A DNA stretch of 64,000 bases, taken from Camelus dromedarius. Its lineage: Eukaryota. A program made the position numbers and the translations under genes. Below, one piece after another: positions 28,038-38,645 of the stretch. The notes under the pieces were generated by a model, which ran no database searches, was not told the DNA's origin, and saw nothing but the letters and a program-made list of their open reading frames with translations. The DNA lies in the NCBI RefSeq assembly GCF_036321535.1, contig NC_087436.1, positions 58,282,001-58,346,000 on the forward strand, read 5' to 3'. The stretch's first letter is position 1, and each line of letters opens with the position of its first letter.

Positions 28038-28248
28038 CTGAAAGGCAGAAAAAAAAAGGAAAACCTTCAATAGGAAATAAAAATTGAAGTTTTAATATAA
28101 TATCATCCTTTTTTTCCCCCCAAAGATGATCTTTCAAAAGCCTTTTCTTCTCATTCTTTTTTTTTAACCTTTGCTAAACTTAAGGATAGTTTAGCAATTA
28201 TTAGTAGATCTTAAAAATATCCTTTTAAGCTCATCTTAATGTGGCATA

Positions 28249-28308
28249 AATTATTCATGATTAGTAGAAAATTAAATATATTCCTAAGTAAGTTAATGCC
28301 AAAAACAC
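28249..28308. repeat. 60-bp direct repeat, copy 2
   Basis: Same alignment as copy 1. Confidence 0.9.
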
Positions 28309-29314
28309 TGCAACATACTATCACTTCTTAACTGTATTTTCAGGCTTCAATATTACAATAAGCTGTATAGAATAAGAGCTTTGTTTAATTATTGTTGTTT
28401 TAAGGTTTTAGTACATTGAAACCTGAAAATAACAGAGGAATCGAATGGTACTGAACCTCTTTATATAAAAGATCTTACTCATTTCTGGTTTTAACATTAT
28501 ATTTAACAATACTCAACAGAGTCTAGCAAATGCAAAATTCTGATCATATTTGAAAATGAATGAATGCTGAGTCATCATTTTGGTCTTATACTGATTGGCA
28601 AGTAAAGTAGCTTATGTTTTTTACTGTGGTATGGAAACATCTATTAGCATTTTCCAAAAAGGATCTTGTGATCAAATTAGTTTGAAAAATGTTAATATAA
28701 TAGAATTCCTGAAAATTCTGAACTTCTGAAATCCTATATATGTTACCACATTAAGCAGTCTAAGAAACACTGAAGTAAGTGACAAAACAACACCCCCGCC
28801 CCCAAAAATGAAATGATATGTATCTCTTATCCTATATTACGGACTCTGAGAATCTATTTAAGCCACCTAATCAGTACTCAAACATCAAGCAAAATCAAGG
28901 TTTCAAAAGTAAAAGTAAGGGTGAACTTTAAAAGGTAATATACTCTAAGAAGAAATGCCTTTAAGAGAAATCCTCTGGTCAATATAATTATATTGGGCAT
29001 ATATTATACTCATTGCTAGGTGTTCTAAGGATACAGGTATAGTACGTGGCATAGATCTTACCAAAGAAGCAAAAGCTTAAAAAAAATAAAAATAAAAATA
29101 AAAAGAGAGAGAAGCAAAAGCTATGTATTCAACTGCATGGTGAAAGCAATATTTTTCTAATTTCTGGAAGTCTAGAAAAGCACAGTTCACTATGTCAGAG
29201 GATAGATCATAGAAAAAGGTAGTCCTTGAAATATTTTTACTCAACTTGAATCGTCTAGAAGATAATAGTCTAGACAAAATTAATATTCTGGAAAATGAAG
29301 AATGTAAACAAGAT

Positions 29315-29890
29315 AATATGGTAAGGAGCCTCCAAGAAGGCTCTCACAGATCCCCATCTGCTGATATTCACATCTCTGAGTAGTTCCTTCTACTTGAGTG
29401 TGGGCTGGACTTATTGAGTCACTTCTAATAAATGGTATATAGCATAAAAACTGGAATGACACCTCAAAAATTAGGTTACAAAAAGACAGTAACTTTTCTC
29501 CTGGCATGCCCTCTTACTTGGTCTCAATCTCTCTTGTATTCCTCACCCAGGGGAAGTCAAATGCATAGGTCTGTTGTAGTAACGTGAAAAGGTTCACATG
29601 GTGAGGGATGGAGACTAGTCAAACTCACATGAGTCAGCCTTGAAATGTATCGACAAAGTCCCCGATATCTTGTCAAGCCTTCTCATGAGACCACTTGACT
29701 GCAACTTTATGAGAGACTCCAAGCCAGAGGCACCCAGCTAAGTTGCTCCTCAGTTCCTGACTCAAACAAGTGGTAATATAATAAATACTTGGGGTATAGG
29801 GTGGCTTTTTTTGTTTTTTGGGGGTTTTGAGGGGTTCTGTTTTTGTTCTTGTTTTAGCTAATTTGTCACCCATCAATAGAAGAGTGATAC
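29315..29890 (+). mobile_element. MLT1-type MaLR LTR
   Basis: 'tgactgcaactttatgagagactccaagccagaggcacccagctaagttgctcctcagttcctgactca...taatttgtcaccc...gataca'. Confidence 0.75.
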
Positions 29891-31032
29891 AGGTGGAAAT
29901 GTGTTAGGTAGTTAAGTGGACAGTTAAAAGAGGCTCAATTTCATCACTCTCTCCATCAAATACATTCAATGCCTCTCACTACAAGCAAAATTGATTTCTT
30001 GCTCAATTTAAACATCTAAAGACTTATGGATGATCTGTCCAAAGTTGTCTTTCTAGTCCCTTGTCACTCGATCCTCTCCAAGTCTCTTAATCACCAGCCA
30101 AACCAGAGCAACTTGAATTCCTTGAATATGATCAATGCTTCATGCTTCTGCATTTTTGCTCATCTGTTGTTCTTTCCCTCTTGTCAAATCAAACTTAATC
30201 TCTAAACCCGGAATTTACAAATGTCATTTTGAAAAGGGGGTTGGAGTCACAAAGAGCTGCTTCTACAGATATCAATGACTCAAAATATCTTCATCTATAA
30301 AATGAGTATACTGACACATAATCATAAAGTGCCTTATAAAGCAAGTATTGGAATGAATGCAAAAAATCCAAGAATTGTGCCTGTCACAAACTAGTTCCTT
30401 TTATAAAAAATACTAGTTTCTTTTCTCTTCTCCATGAATCACTTACCCCAAATCAGGCAGGAATCCATTTTGGTTTTCCATTTATGTTCACACAGCAGTG
30501 TGTACAAATTGGTACAAATATCACTAGTCTATCACTAATGAGACATGTACAACATATATACATACATAAATACCTTTAAAATATAGTTGTGTGGTGGTGC
30601 ATGTGTGTGTGTGTGTATGTATCCTTACAAGGTCTGAGTTTGTTGAGGGCATAATACCTTGTGGAGTATTTTATATCCATTTTGTCCAGTCCCATACACT
30701 ACATGTAGTAGTAATAAACTGTTATGATTCTTTGTTGAGTCAAATGAAATCACAGAAGATATTGGTTAGATTAACAATATGAGAGTAAATTTTGGAGGAT
30801 CCTGAATAGCAAGATAAATGATTTGGATCTGAGGTCATAGATTATAGGGACTCCTTTTAGGTTATTTTGAAGAGTAGCTTGGAGAAATGACATTTTATAC
30901 AAGTAACCTGGCCAAGAGTACAGAAATACTGAAAAGGAAAGTTCCAAAGGATAGCTAAACTAAAGGATATAAATCATAGAATGGAGAATTTCCTGGCAGG
31001 TGCTTGACAAACAGCATAATATACATACTTAT

Positions 31033-32300
31033 GGAGAGAGAAGCAAGATGGTGGAGTAGAAGGACGCTTGTAGCTCACCCTCTTCCACAAATACACCAAA
31101 ACTAACATCTACAGACCCACTCAGCCAACCAGAGCACCTGCCGAACTCCAACAGAGCATTGCCCTCTTCAAAAGACAAAGACGCCGAACATCTGGTAGGA
31201 AAAAAGAAAGAAAAAAAGCAAAACACTTCAGGATCGATCCCGGGGGCAGGGAGCAGCAAAGGAGGGCTGGCGCTCATTCGCTGGGTCTCCTCTCTCCAAT
31301 GGAGAGGCCAGCAGGACAGAGAGGGAGTCTCTGAGGCTCAGATCTGCCCCGAGAACCCCTTGACCGACAGAACTGACTTAAATGGGCACAAAGGGTCCCC
31401 GTGACACCCAGCCCGAGACACAAGCCAGCAGCTGGGGCTGGGACAGGCTGCCCGAACCAGGAGGAATGGTGCTGCTGCACTGCGGCGGCCCTGGGGGACT
31501 GCAGGCGGCTGCGCACCGTGGCTGGGAGGGGATACAGAGCAGAACCACCTCGGTCTCCCATAAATTGTGAAAAACAGTGAAGCAACACAGCTGGTGTGCC
31601 CGGGGGGGAGGGGCGCCATAGCCTTTGTCTCCTCAGACCTGTGCCATCATTACTGGCACTTCTCCAGAGAAGAGAGGCGGGGCTGAGCCACAGCCACCAT
31701 ATTCTCCTGTGCGCAGCGCGCAGGCAGTGGTGGGGCCGAGACCTGAATCTGCACCCGGGGGTTCCACAACACCTACGCAGGAATGAGACTTGTTTACAGC
31801 TGGAGGCAGATAGGATCTTTCTTCCCTGGCACCTCAGAGAACTCGCACTGCCAAGACAAATAAGGAGCTGAGATTTGGCACGGAGAAGAGGCGGGGCCAT
31901 TCTGCGGTCTTCCCCGAGCCCGCCTTCAGAACACCGACCCAAGGCGGAGCGGGCAGCTGCACAGAGCAGTGGAGCAACAGGTGCCTGGAAAGGGCTGGCG
32001 GCAACCCGTTTTCCTGGCAGAAACGCAGCACCTGACCATGGTGCTGGGAGAGGACGCGATCCGCCCACCTGCCTCCCCCGAGCGCAGTCTGACTGAGGCA
32101 TCAGGCGGGGGACTGACCCGCCTGCCCACCGGATAAGAGCTCAGCACTTGACCCAGTGTTGGGAGGGGGGTGCGATCTGCTAACTGACAGCCACTGGGAG
32201 CAGCACAGAAGAGGGCGCCAACAGAGGGCCTCTGGAAACAGCAAGCTGAGTTTGCGAAACAGGGCGAAGACACAAAGAACTCTCAATAAAATCATTAAGA
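31033..32300 (+). promoter_or_regulatory. L1 5' UTR internal promoter (CpG-rich), with a YY1-like site at 31044-31053
   Basis: The most GC- and CpG-rich stretch in the window. 'caagatggtg' resembles the conserved L1 YY1 motif CAAGATGGCG with a CpG-type change. Confidence 0.8.
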
Positions 32301-32361
32301 GCATACCGTCTCCAGGAGAACTAGATAACTGATACTCTTTAAGCCACAGTGCCAGAGAGAT

Positions 32362-33261
32362 ATGAGCAATATGAAGAAGCCGAGGAACCACTCCCAATTA
32401 AAAGATCAAGAAAAATCCCCTGAAAGCACAATCAAGGAAATAGACATCGATGGCCTACTAGATCAAGATTTCAAAAAAGGAGTGATCAAAGTACTGAAGG
32501 AACTAAAAGAAACAGTGCTTAGAGATATAACATATATCAAAAATGAAATAGAAGCTATAAAGAAGAACCAAGGAGAATTAGTAAACTCATTTGCTGAGAT
32601 GAGAGCTGACCTAAAGGCTCTACAAAGCAGGCTAGATAATGCAGAGGAACGACTAAGTGACCTAGAAGACAGGACAACAGAAAGCACCCAATCAGAACAG
32701 CTGAGAGAAAAACAAATAAAAAACAATGAAAACAATATAAGGGACCTATGGGATAATATAAAGCGTGCCAATCTACGCATAATAGGGGTTCCAGAAGGGG
32801 AAGACAGAACAAAGGGAATTGAAAAGGTATTTGAAGAAATCATGACTGAAAACTTCCCAAACCTAAAGGAATCAGATATCCAAGTACAGGAGGCTCAGAG
32901 GGTCCCAAACAGGAAGACCCCAAACAGACCCACACCAAGACATATTATAATCAAGATGGTCAGAGTCAAGGATAAAGAAATGATCCTAAAGGCAGCAAGA
33001 GAAAATCAAAGAGTGAGTTACAAGGGAACCCCCATAAGGCTCTCAGCTGATTACTCTACACAAACACTACAGGCCAGAAGGGAGTGGCAAGATACATTCA
33101 AAGTCCTGAGTGAAAAAAAGATGCAGCCTAGGATACTCTATCCAGCAAGGCTATCCTTTAGAATAGAAGGAGAGAGAAAGAACTTCACAGACAAGCAAAA
33201 TCTAAAAGAGTTTAGCAACACTAAACCCATGCTAAAAGAAATATTGACAGGTCTACTCTAA
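32362..33261 (+). CDS. LINE-1 ORF1p (RNA-binding trimeric protein), uninterrupted, 299 aa
   Basis: Heptad coiled coil, RRM (NLRIIGVPE, AQRVP, PRHIIIK) and CTD motifs (ARREW, YPARLSF). ATG to TAA with no interruption. Confidence 0.93.
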   Translation: MSNMKKPRNHSQLKDQEKSPESTIKEIDIDGLLDQDFKKGVIKVLKELKETVLRDITYIKNEIEAIKKNQGELVNSFAEMRADLKALQSRLDNAEERLSDLEDRTTESTQSEQLREKQIKNNENNIRDLWDNIKRANLRIIGVPEGEDRTKGIEKVFEEIMTENFPNLKESDIQVQEAQRVPNRKTPNRPTPRHIIIKMVRVKDKEMILKAARENQRVSYKGTPIRLSADYSTQTLQARREWQDTFKVLSEKKMQPRILYPARLSFRIEGERKNFTDKQNLKEFSNTKPMLKEILTGLL

Positions 33262-33397
33262 AAAGAAGCGGGATGCTACAAAAATGAAACCCGTAACTGG
33301 AAAGGAGATAACGGCCATGAATTACAAAAAGAATAAACACAAAATTATAAAAGAAAACATCTAAATCATTAAGAGTGGGAGAGGGAAGCAAGGAAAG

Positions 33398-33755
33398 CCA
33401 TTGTGGAAAACAGTATGGAGATTCCTTCAAAAGACTAGGAATAGACCCAGGAATCCCGCTCCTGGGCATATATCCAGAAGGAACCCTACTGCAGGATGAC
33501 ACCTGCACCCTGATGTTCATAGCAGCACTATTTACAACAGCCAAGACATGGAGACAGCCTAAATGTCCATCAACAGATGACTGGGTAAAGAAGATGTGGT
33601 ATATTTATACAATGGAATACTACCCAGCCATAAAAACCGACAACATAATGCCATTTCAAGCAACATGGATGCTCCTGGAGAATGTCGTTCTAAGTGAAGT
33701 AAGCCAGCAAGAGAAAGAAAAATACCGTATGAGATTGCTCCTATGTGGAATCTGA
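33398..33755 (+). pseudogene. L1 ORF2 C-terminal remnant
   Basis: GIPLLGIYP...MFIAALFT.AKTW.QPKCPS.DDW.KKMWYIYTMEYY, with a frameshift and a 12-bp deletion relative to the copy at 42.9 kb. Confidence 0.9.
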
Positions 33756-35059
33756 AAAACAAACAAACAAACAAACAAAGCATAAATACAAAACAGAAAT
33801 AGACTCACAGACATAGAATACAAACTTGTGGTTGCCAAGCCAAGGTGGCAGAGGGTGGGAAGGGATAGACAGGATTTCAAAATTGTAGAATAGATAAACA
33901 AGATTATACTGTATAGCACAAGGAAATATACACAAGATCTTGTGGTAGCTCACAGAGAAAAAAATGTGACAATGAATATATATATACATGTTTATGTATA
34001 ACTGAAAAATTGTGCTCTACACTGGAATTTGACACAACATTGTAAAATGATTATAAATCATAAACAATGTTTTAAAAAAAGAAATGTTGCATTTCTTTTG
34101 TGCCAATAAAGAAAGCAGTTATTTTCATGTATAAAGAAAAGAAAAAAATCACTGAATTGAAAATTTTACTTTATAATTCTATAAAATCATACTGCTTCCC
34201 TGAACAGATACAGTAGGAAAAGCAGCTTTCATTCCATCTTACTAAAAATACTACCTGGCAATTAAATAGTTACCAAAAAATACTATGGAACACCCTTAAA
34301 CATGAAACTAATTTACTATTTCTGGTAATGTTAAATTGAAGACAGATCATACCTCAAACAAGAGGACAAAAGGATAGAGTATTTAATTTGCCTAGGATAT
34401 TGGGAAAAAAAAAGATGTGAGTTGATTATACAGATGGGCCACTGATATTGCTAATATCTGACCCTTTTTTAATTGAGTTTTAAATATGTTTTTCATCATT
34501 GAATGAGATCCTTTATTCACCAGCTTCTTCCCCAATTTCCTACCTATTCAGTAATCACTATAGCAGCCCAGAATCTAAACAAAGAAGAGTTATTGGTCTA
34601 ATTTCTTTCATTTTAAGTGATTCAGTGAGCTAAGATTTTTTTCCAGGAAAATTTCCATTTGCCCTACAATCTTTATTTGTTATTTCATTCAATAAATATT
34701 TTGTCAAGTAGCTACTATGTCCCAAGCATTGTTAGGTGTTTTGTATATAATTAAAAATAAAAACAGACAGGATTCCTTCTTGTATGGATTATATGCTTTA
34801 TCGGGATAAGTGTACCCCATGTTCCATTTAAACTATATTTAACAAATTCCTAAAGAGACACTGTCTTTTCCCACTTACACATCTTTAAATCGTTTTCTGT
34901 ACCTACAAAAACAGTCTCACCCTTGTCTCCTCCTATTCTAATACTATCTATATTTAAAGGACAAATTAAGCACTTTGTTTACTATGAAACATTGTTTGAT
35001 TCTTTAGCCAGAAATTATTTTAACTTTTCTGGGGAAGAGAGAAAAAAAGGGGAGAAGCA

Positions 35060-35250
35060 GCATATTTATTGAATGCAACTGTGTGCCAGAAATTGTATCA
35101 GATGAACTATATGATATAATTCTATTCAATCTTCATCACATCATTATTCTCATTTTCTGAACAGAAGGAACATGTCTAGGAGTATATAACTGGAATCAAA
35201 GTTAGGATTCAGACTCCAATCTGTTCAAAATCAAGTTCTTCTTTTATCCA
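35060..35250. mobile_element. MIR SINE relic
   Basis: 'catatttattgaatgcaactgtgtgccag...attcaatcttcatcacatcattattctcatttt'. Confidence 0.6.
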
Positions 35251-37817
35251 CCAAAGCCATGTATCTGAACTACTACAGCACTCAGGTTTGCGCCTTTTTT
35301 ATGTCAGGTACCACATGTACATTATATTACAGAAAATGTAATTCTAACTTTTCTTATAGTTGGTGCTAACAAATACCTATTATTAAAGGACCAAATAGGT
35401 TACTGTGCTTGAAACTCAGTTATAATTGGTGCTGAATTCTTAATAAGAAATTTAAGAAAATTAATTCATTCCTTCTTTTACTTGTTGTCAAGGTAATATT
35501 TCTAAAATGGAATTTTGGTCAACTGCCTGCTCTGGCTTGATGACTAATATAATTTAGGGAATACATAAAGAGTCAAAGATGAGTCACAGGATTCTGGCTA
35601 GCACACGTAGGTATATGATGCTTCTATTTCTCACCATGGAACTCCAGGAGGAGGAGGAGAATAAGAGGTACGCTAATGAACTCAGTTCTGGTCTGGTGAG
35701 TTTGCTATGAGTGTAAGAGAATGAAATGGGCATTTCCAACAGAGGTGGGTTTCTGGGCATGAAGCTCAGTAAGGAGCACTGAGCTGGAGAAACAAATTTT
35801 AAGACTTATAGATTAGCAGTATTTACTATTTTCTTTTGCACATTAGTAATTAAATATTTTAATTCATATATGAATTAATTTTGGTGTGTGTGAGGTTAAA
35901 ATATAATTTAAATTATACCAAAAAACTAACTAGTTATTCTCAGCATTTTTGAATAATCCATTTTTTCTCCATTTATTTACAATAAAGCATTGCATTCAAT
36001 AAATGTTAATACATACTAATGTCTGTTTTAGAATGAATATGTTTTTTATAGCTACTTGAAAAGATGTAGTGCAGTAAATAATAAGCAGTAACCCTAGCCA
36101 TGTCATTAAATTAAGTGTCATAAATGTATGGATGCCAGGTGACATCCATACATTAAAAGACCATCTTTGGTGGTTTCTCAACTAGCTCAATTTCATAAAC
36201 TCTACCATCATTAAACACACATCCCCTATATCTTGTCCACAAGCTATGATGACAGACATTTATGTAATTCAGTTAAATCAAGGCATATTGAAGCTACAGA
36301 ATTTTTCATGATCTACCCATATTCAGACACACTGTAAAATTGCAGACTGACATTAGAAATTATTTTCTCCTTGTGGCTTGCCTCTTTTTGCTCTTATCAT
36401 TCACAACTTGTTTACTAATTCATTAGATTTCTTTCTTTTTCCCAAATATTAATATCAAGATCTAGGATTTAATAACCTAATCATATCCCCTTTTAAGTTA
36501 TCAATACATCTGTTTGTTTGTGTAAGTTCGTTAGAAGAAGGCAGAACATTGAAGCATCAGATGTCAAATCAACTTCTATGGTTCCTTCAAATCCTGAAAT
36601 CCTATACTGCTGTAATTGTGGAACATTATAAAAATTGCTTGAGTTTTCATGTCTGCACATAAGTTTTATAACCCATGGACAAGAATATCTTTGGGAGAGA
36701 GAATTACTGTGTTTAATTTATGTTACATTTATTTTCCCCTCTCCTAGCTTAGATTTCAGTATCAACTCTTTACATATTTACTCCACTTCTCAGTTTTTTG
36801 TAAACAGGTAATATGGAAGTAAAACACAAGTTGAGTAGATCTGTTTTCTCTCTCATCAGTGACCTAAATAATAAACCTAACATTGTCTGTTTTTTCTAGA
36901 AGATGAGTAATATAAACACAATATATGTTGTAGTCTGTACTTTTCCCTACTTCTCTTTACATGTTTTAGGGTTTTGCCTCACCTTTTTTTTTTTTAACAA
37001 TTTATTCATTTTGTTCTTTATCCCACTTTTTAATACATACTGCCAAAAAAGCTAATCCCAAAAGAAAGCTCCTTCTCTATACAGGTGCATTACTTTATTA
37101 GATATCTGTTCACTTTCTTTCTCATTAGAAAATCTGTGAGGCTATAGATTTCATTTTTCAGAGCTTTTAGCATTTGAGCACACCTATCTTTGTCATGAAT
37201 TTGTTTTGTTCACGAGATTTTCTTAAAATTTGGGGAAGATATGAGAGTCTACAAAGCATTCATTTCCTTAGCTTTATGGCACCTAAGATGGTATCATCTT
37301 CTCCCAAGATTCCTGTCACTTCCACTTTGCTAACTGATGCTTCCTTGATAGAGTAAGATTCAAAATAGCAGGCCTTATTCAACTCTGAAAAGTAAAGAAT
37401 TCAGTGAGGCAAAAATTATCAGGTGATCTGTTTTTAAGTGAATAAGCCTTCAAATAGATACTTAGATAGTTTATACTTAGAGTTTCATCTAACTTGCTTC
37501 TTTGCCAATTTAGAATTACATGCTACTATTCTCCTGGGTCCCATTAGTATAACTGAAATAAGTAATAAGGAACTTAGACTCTTTTCTTCTATCTAATTTA
37601 TCCAGCCTATTTAGACTCATAAATTCTTCTTATTCTTAATAAGCATTGGTTATACTTGCAGTCCAACCCCTGCCTGTTGTCAAGAATACCTACCTAAGAT
37701 ACATAGACTCATGTGAATTCTTAGCAAAACAAACTGGAATTAAAATCCTTGTTCTTCACATTCTATCACTTATTTAAAACTTCCATTTTAGAATCATGAA
37801 TTTATTAGAAATGAGAG

Positions 37818-38030
37818 TTGACATTTATATAGCACTTGCTATTTTAAATACTCAAAGCACTTTATGTTTATTATTTTATGTAATCGTCACAACACTCCTT
37901 GATGTCAATATCACTATTAACCCCACCTTACAGATAAGGAAATAAAGGTGCAACAGATTAAGTAACTTATCCAAGGTCACTCAGTAAATAACGGTAGAGG
38001 TAGCCCCCACATTTGCCCTTAAATATTATG
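37818..38030. mobile_element. MIR SINE relic
   Basis: 'taatcgtcacaacac...ccccaccttacagataaggaaa...agattaagtaacttatccaaggtcac'. Confidence 0.75.
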
Positions 38031-38449
38031 ATACATTGCTAAAACCAAGGCAGTACTGACACAGAAAAAGAATAGTAGCCATACAATTTTATATTTGGTA
38101 AGTCTATGGAATGGAGGCTAGAAATCCTGTCCCTTAAGAGGCCCCCTGCATTTAAGGAGCATAGATTCTAACTATGGAGTCCAATTGTTATGTTTTTTAA
38201 AATGGGGTGTTAAAATGTCATTCAGTCCAAGAACAGGAGTGAAGTGAACAAAGTAGGGTAGCCAAATGCCAGCACAGGAGCATTTAGGATCTTGAGAATT
38301 GTAAAAGGAGGGCATGTAACTACATTGGAGAGTGGGAAGTGGAGGATGAGGGATGGGAAGAGTGTGGCAAAAGAGGAGATCTGTAGCATGGAAATGTTTT
38401 TTTCTTAGACCAGGCTCTGCTTAACACATATATACTGTATGCCACTTAC

Positions 38450-38645
38450 CTTGTCAACAGACTGCATTGCCTTTTAAAATATTCCTGAATAATATTTTAC
38501 AGTGTTTTACAATGTTTTGTAATCTTACTTCAAGTAAGAATGTCTTACAGTGCTGTGCCCCATTTGAGTATCAAATTAATTTTAACTGAGGAACCCTCTC
38601 ATACACATTTAAAGACGTTTGCTGTATCACTGAAATGGAGTGAGC
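38450..38645 (-). other. Candidate minus-strand exon (196 nt, or 35 nt from an internal acceptor at 38484)
   Basis: Consensus donor AAG|gtaagt at 38449; acceptor ccgaaccag| with a pyrimidine tract at 38682-38703. The long form has stops in all three frames. Confidence 0.3.

Larger units (their letters stand above)
31033..34084 (+). mobile_element. Young L1-derived element with full 5' UTR, intact ORF1, nearly all of ORF2 deleted, 3' UTR and A-tail
   Basis: 5' start ggagagagaagcaagatgg, CpG-rich 5' UTR, ORF1 at 32362..33261, spacer joined at ~33397 to the last ~120 codons of ORF2, and a 3' UTR homologous to the L1 at 42254-42600. Confidence 0.95.

Noticed and set aside
31005..31032. TSD for the ORF1-only L1
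   Set aside because: The left flank (cataatatacatacttat) has no convincing match after either 3' A-run.
31029..32397. Cluster of overlapping ORFs, including the 275-aa minus-strand ORF 31274..32101
   Set aside because: They lie in the GC-rich L1 5' UTR where stop codons are rare, and show no recognisable domain. There is no evidence of an ORF0-like product.
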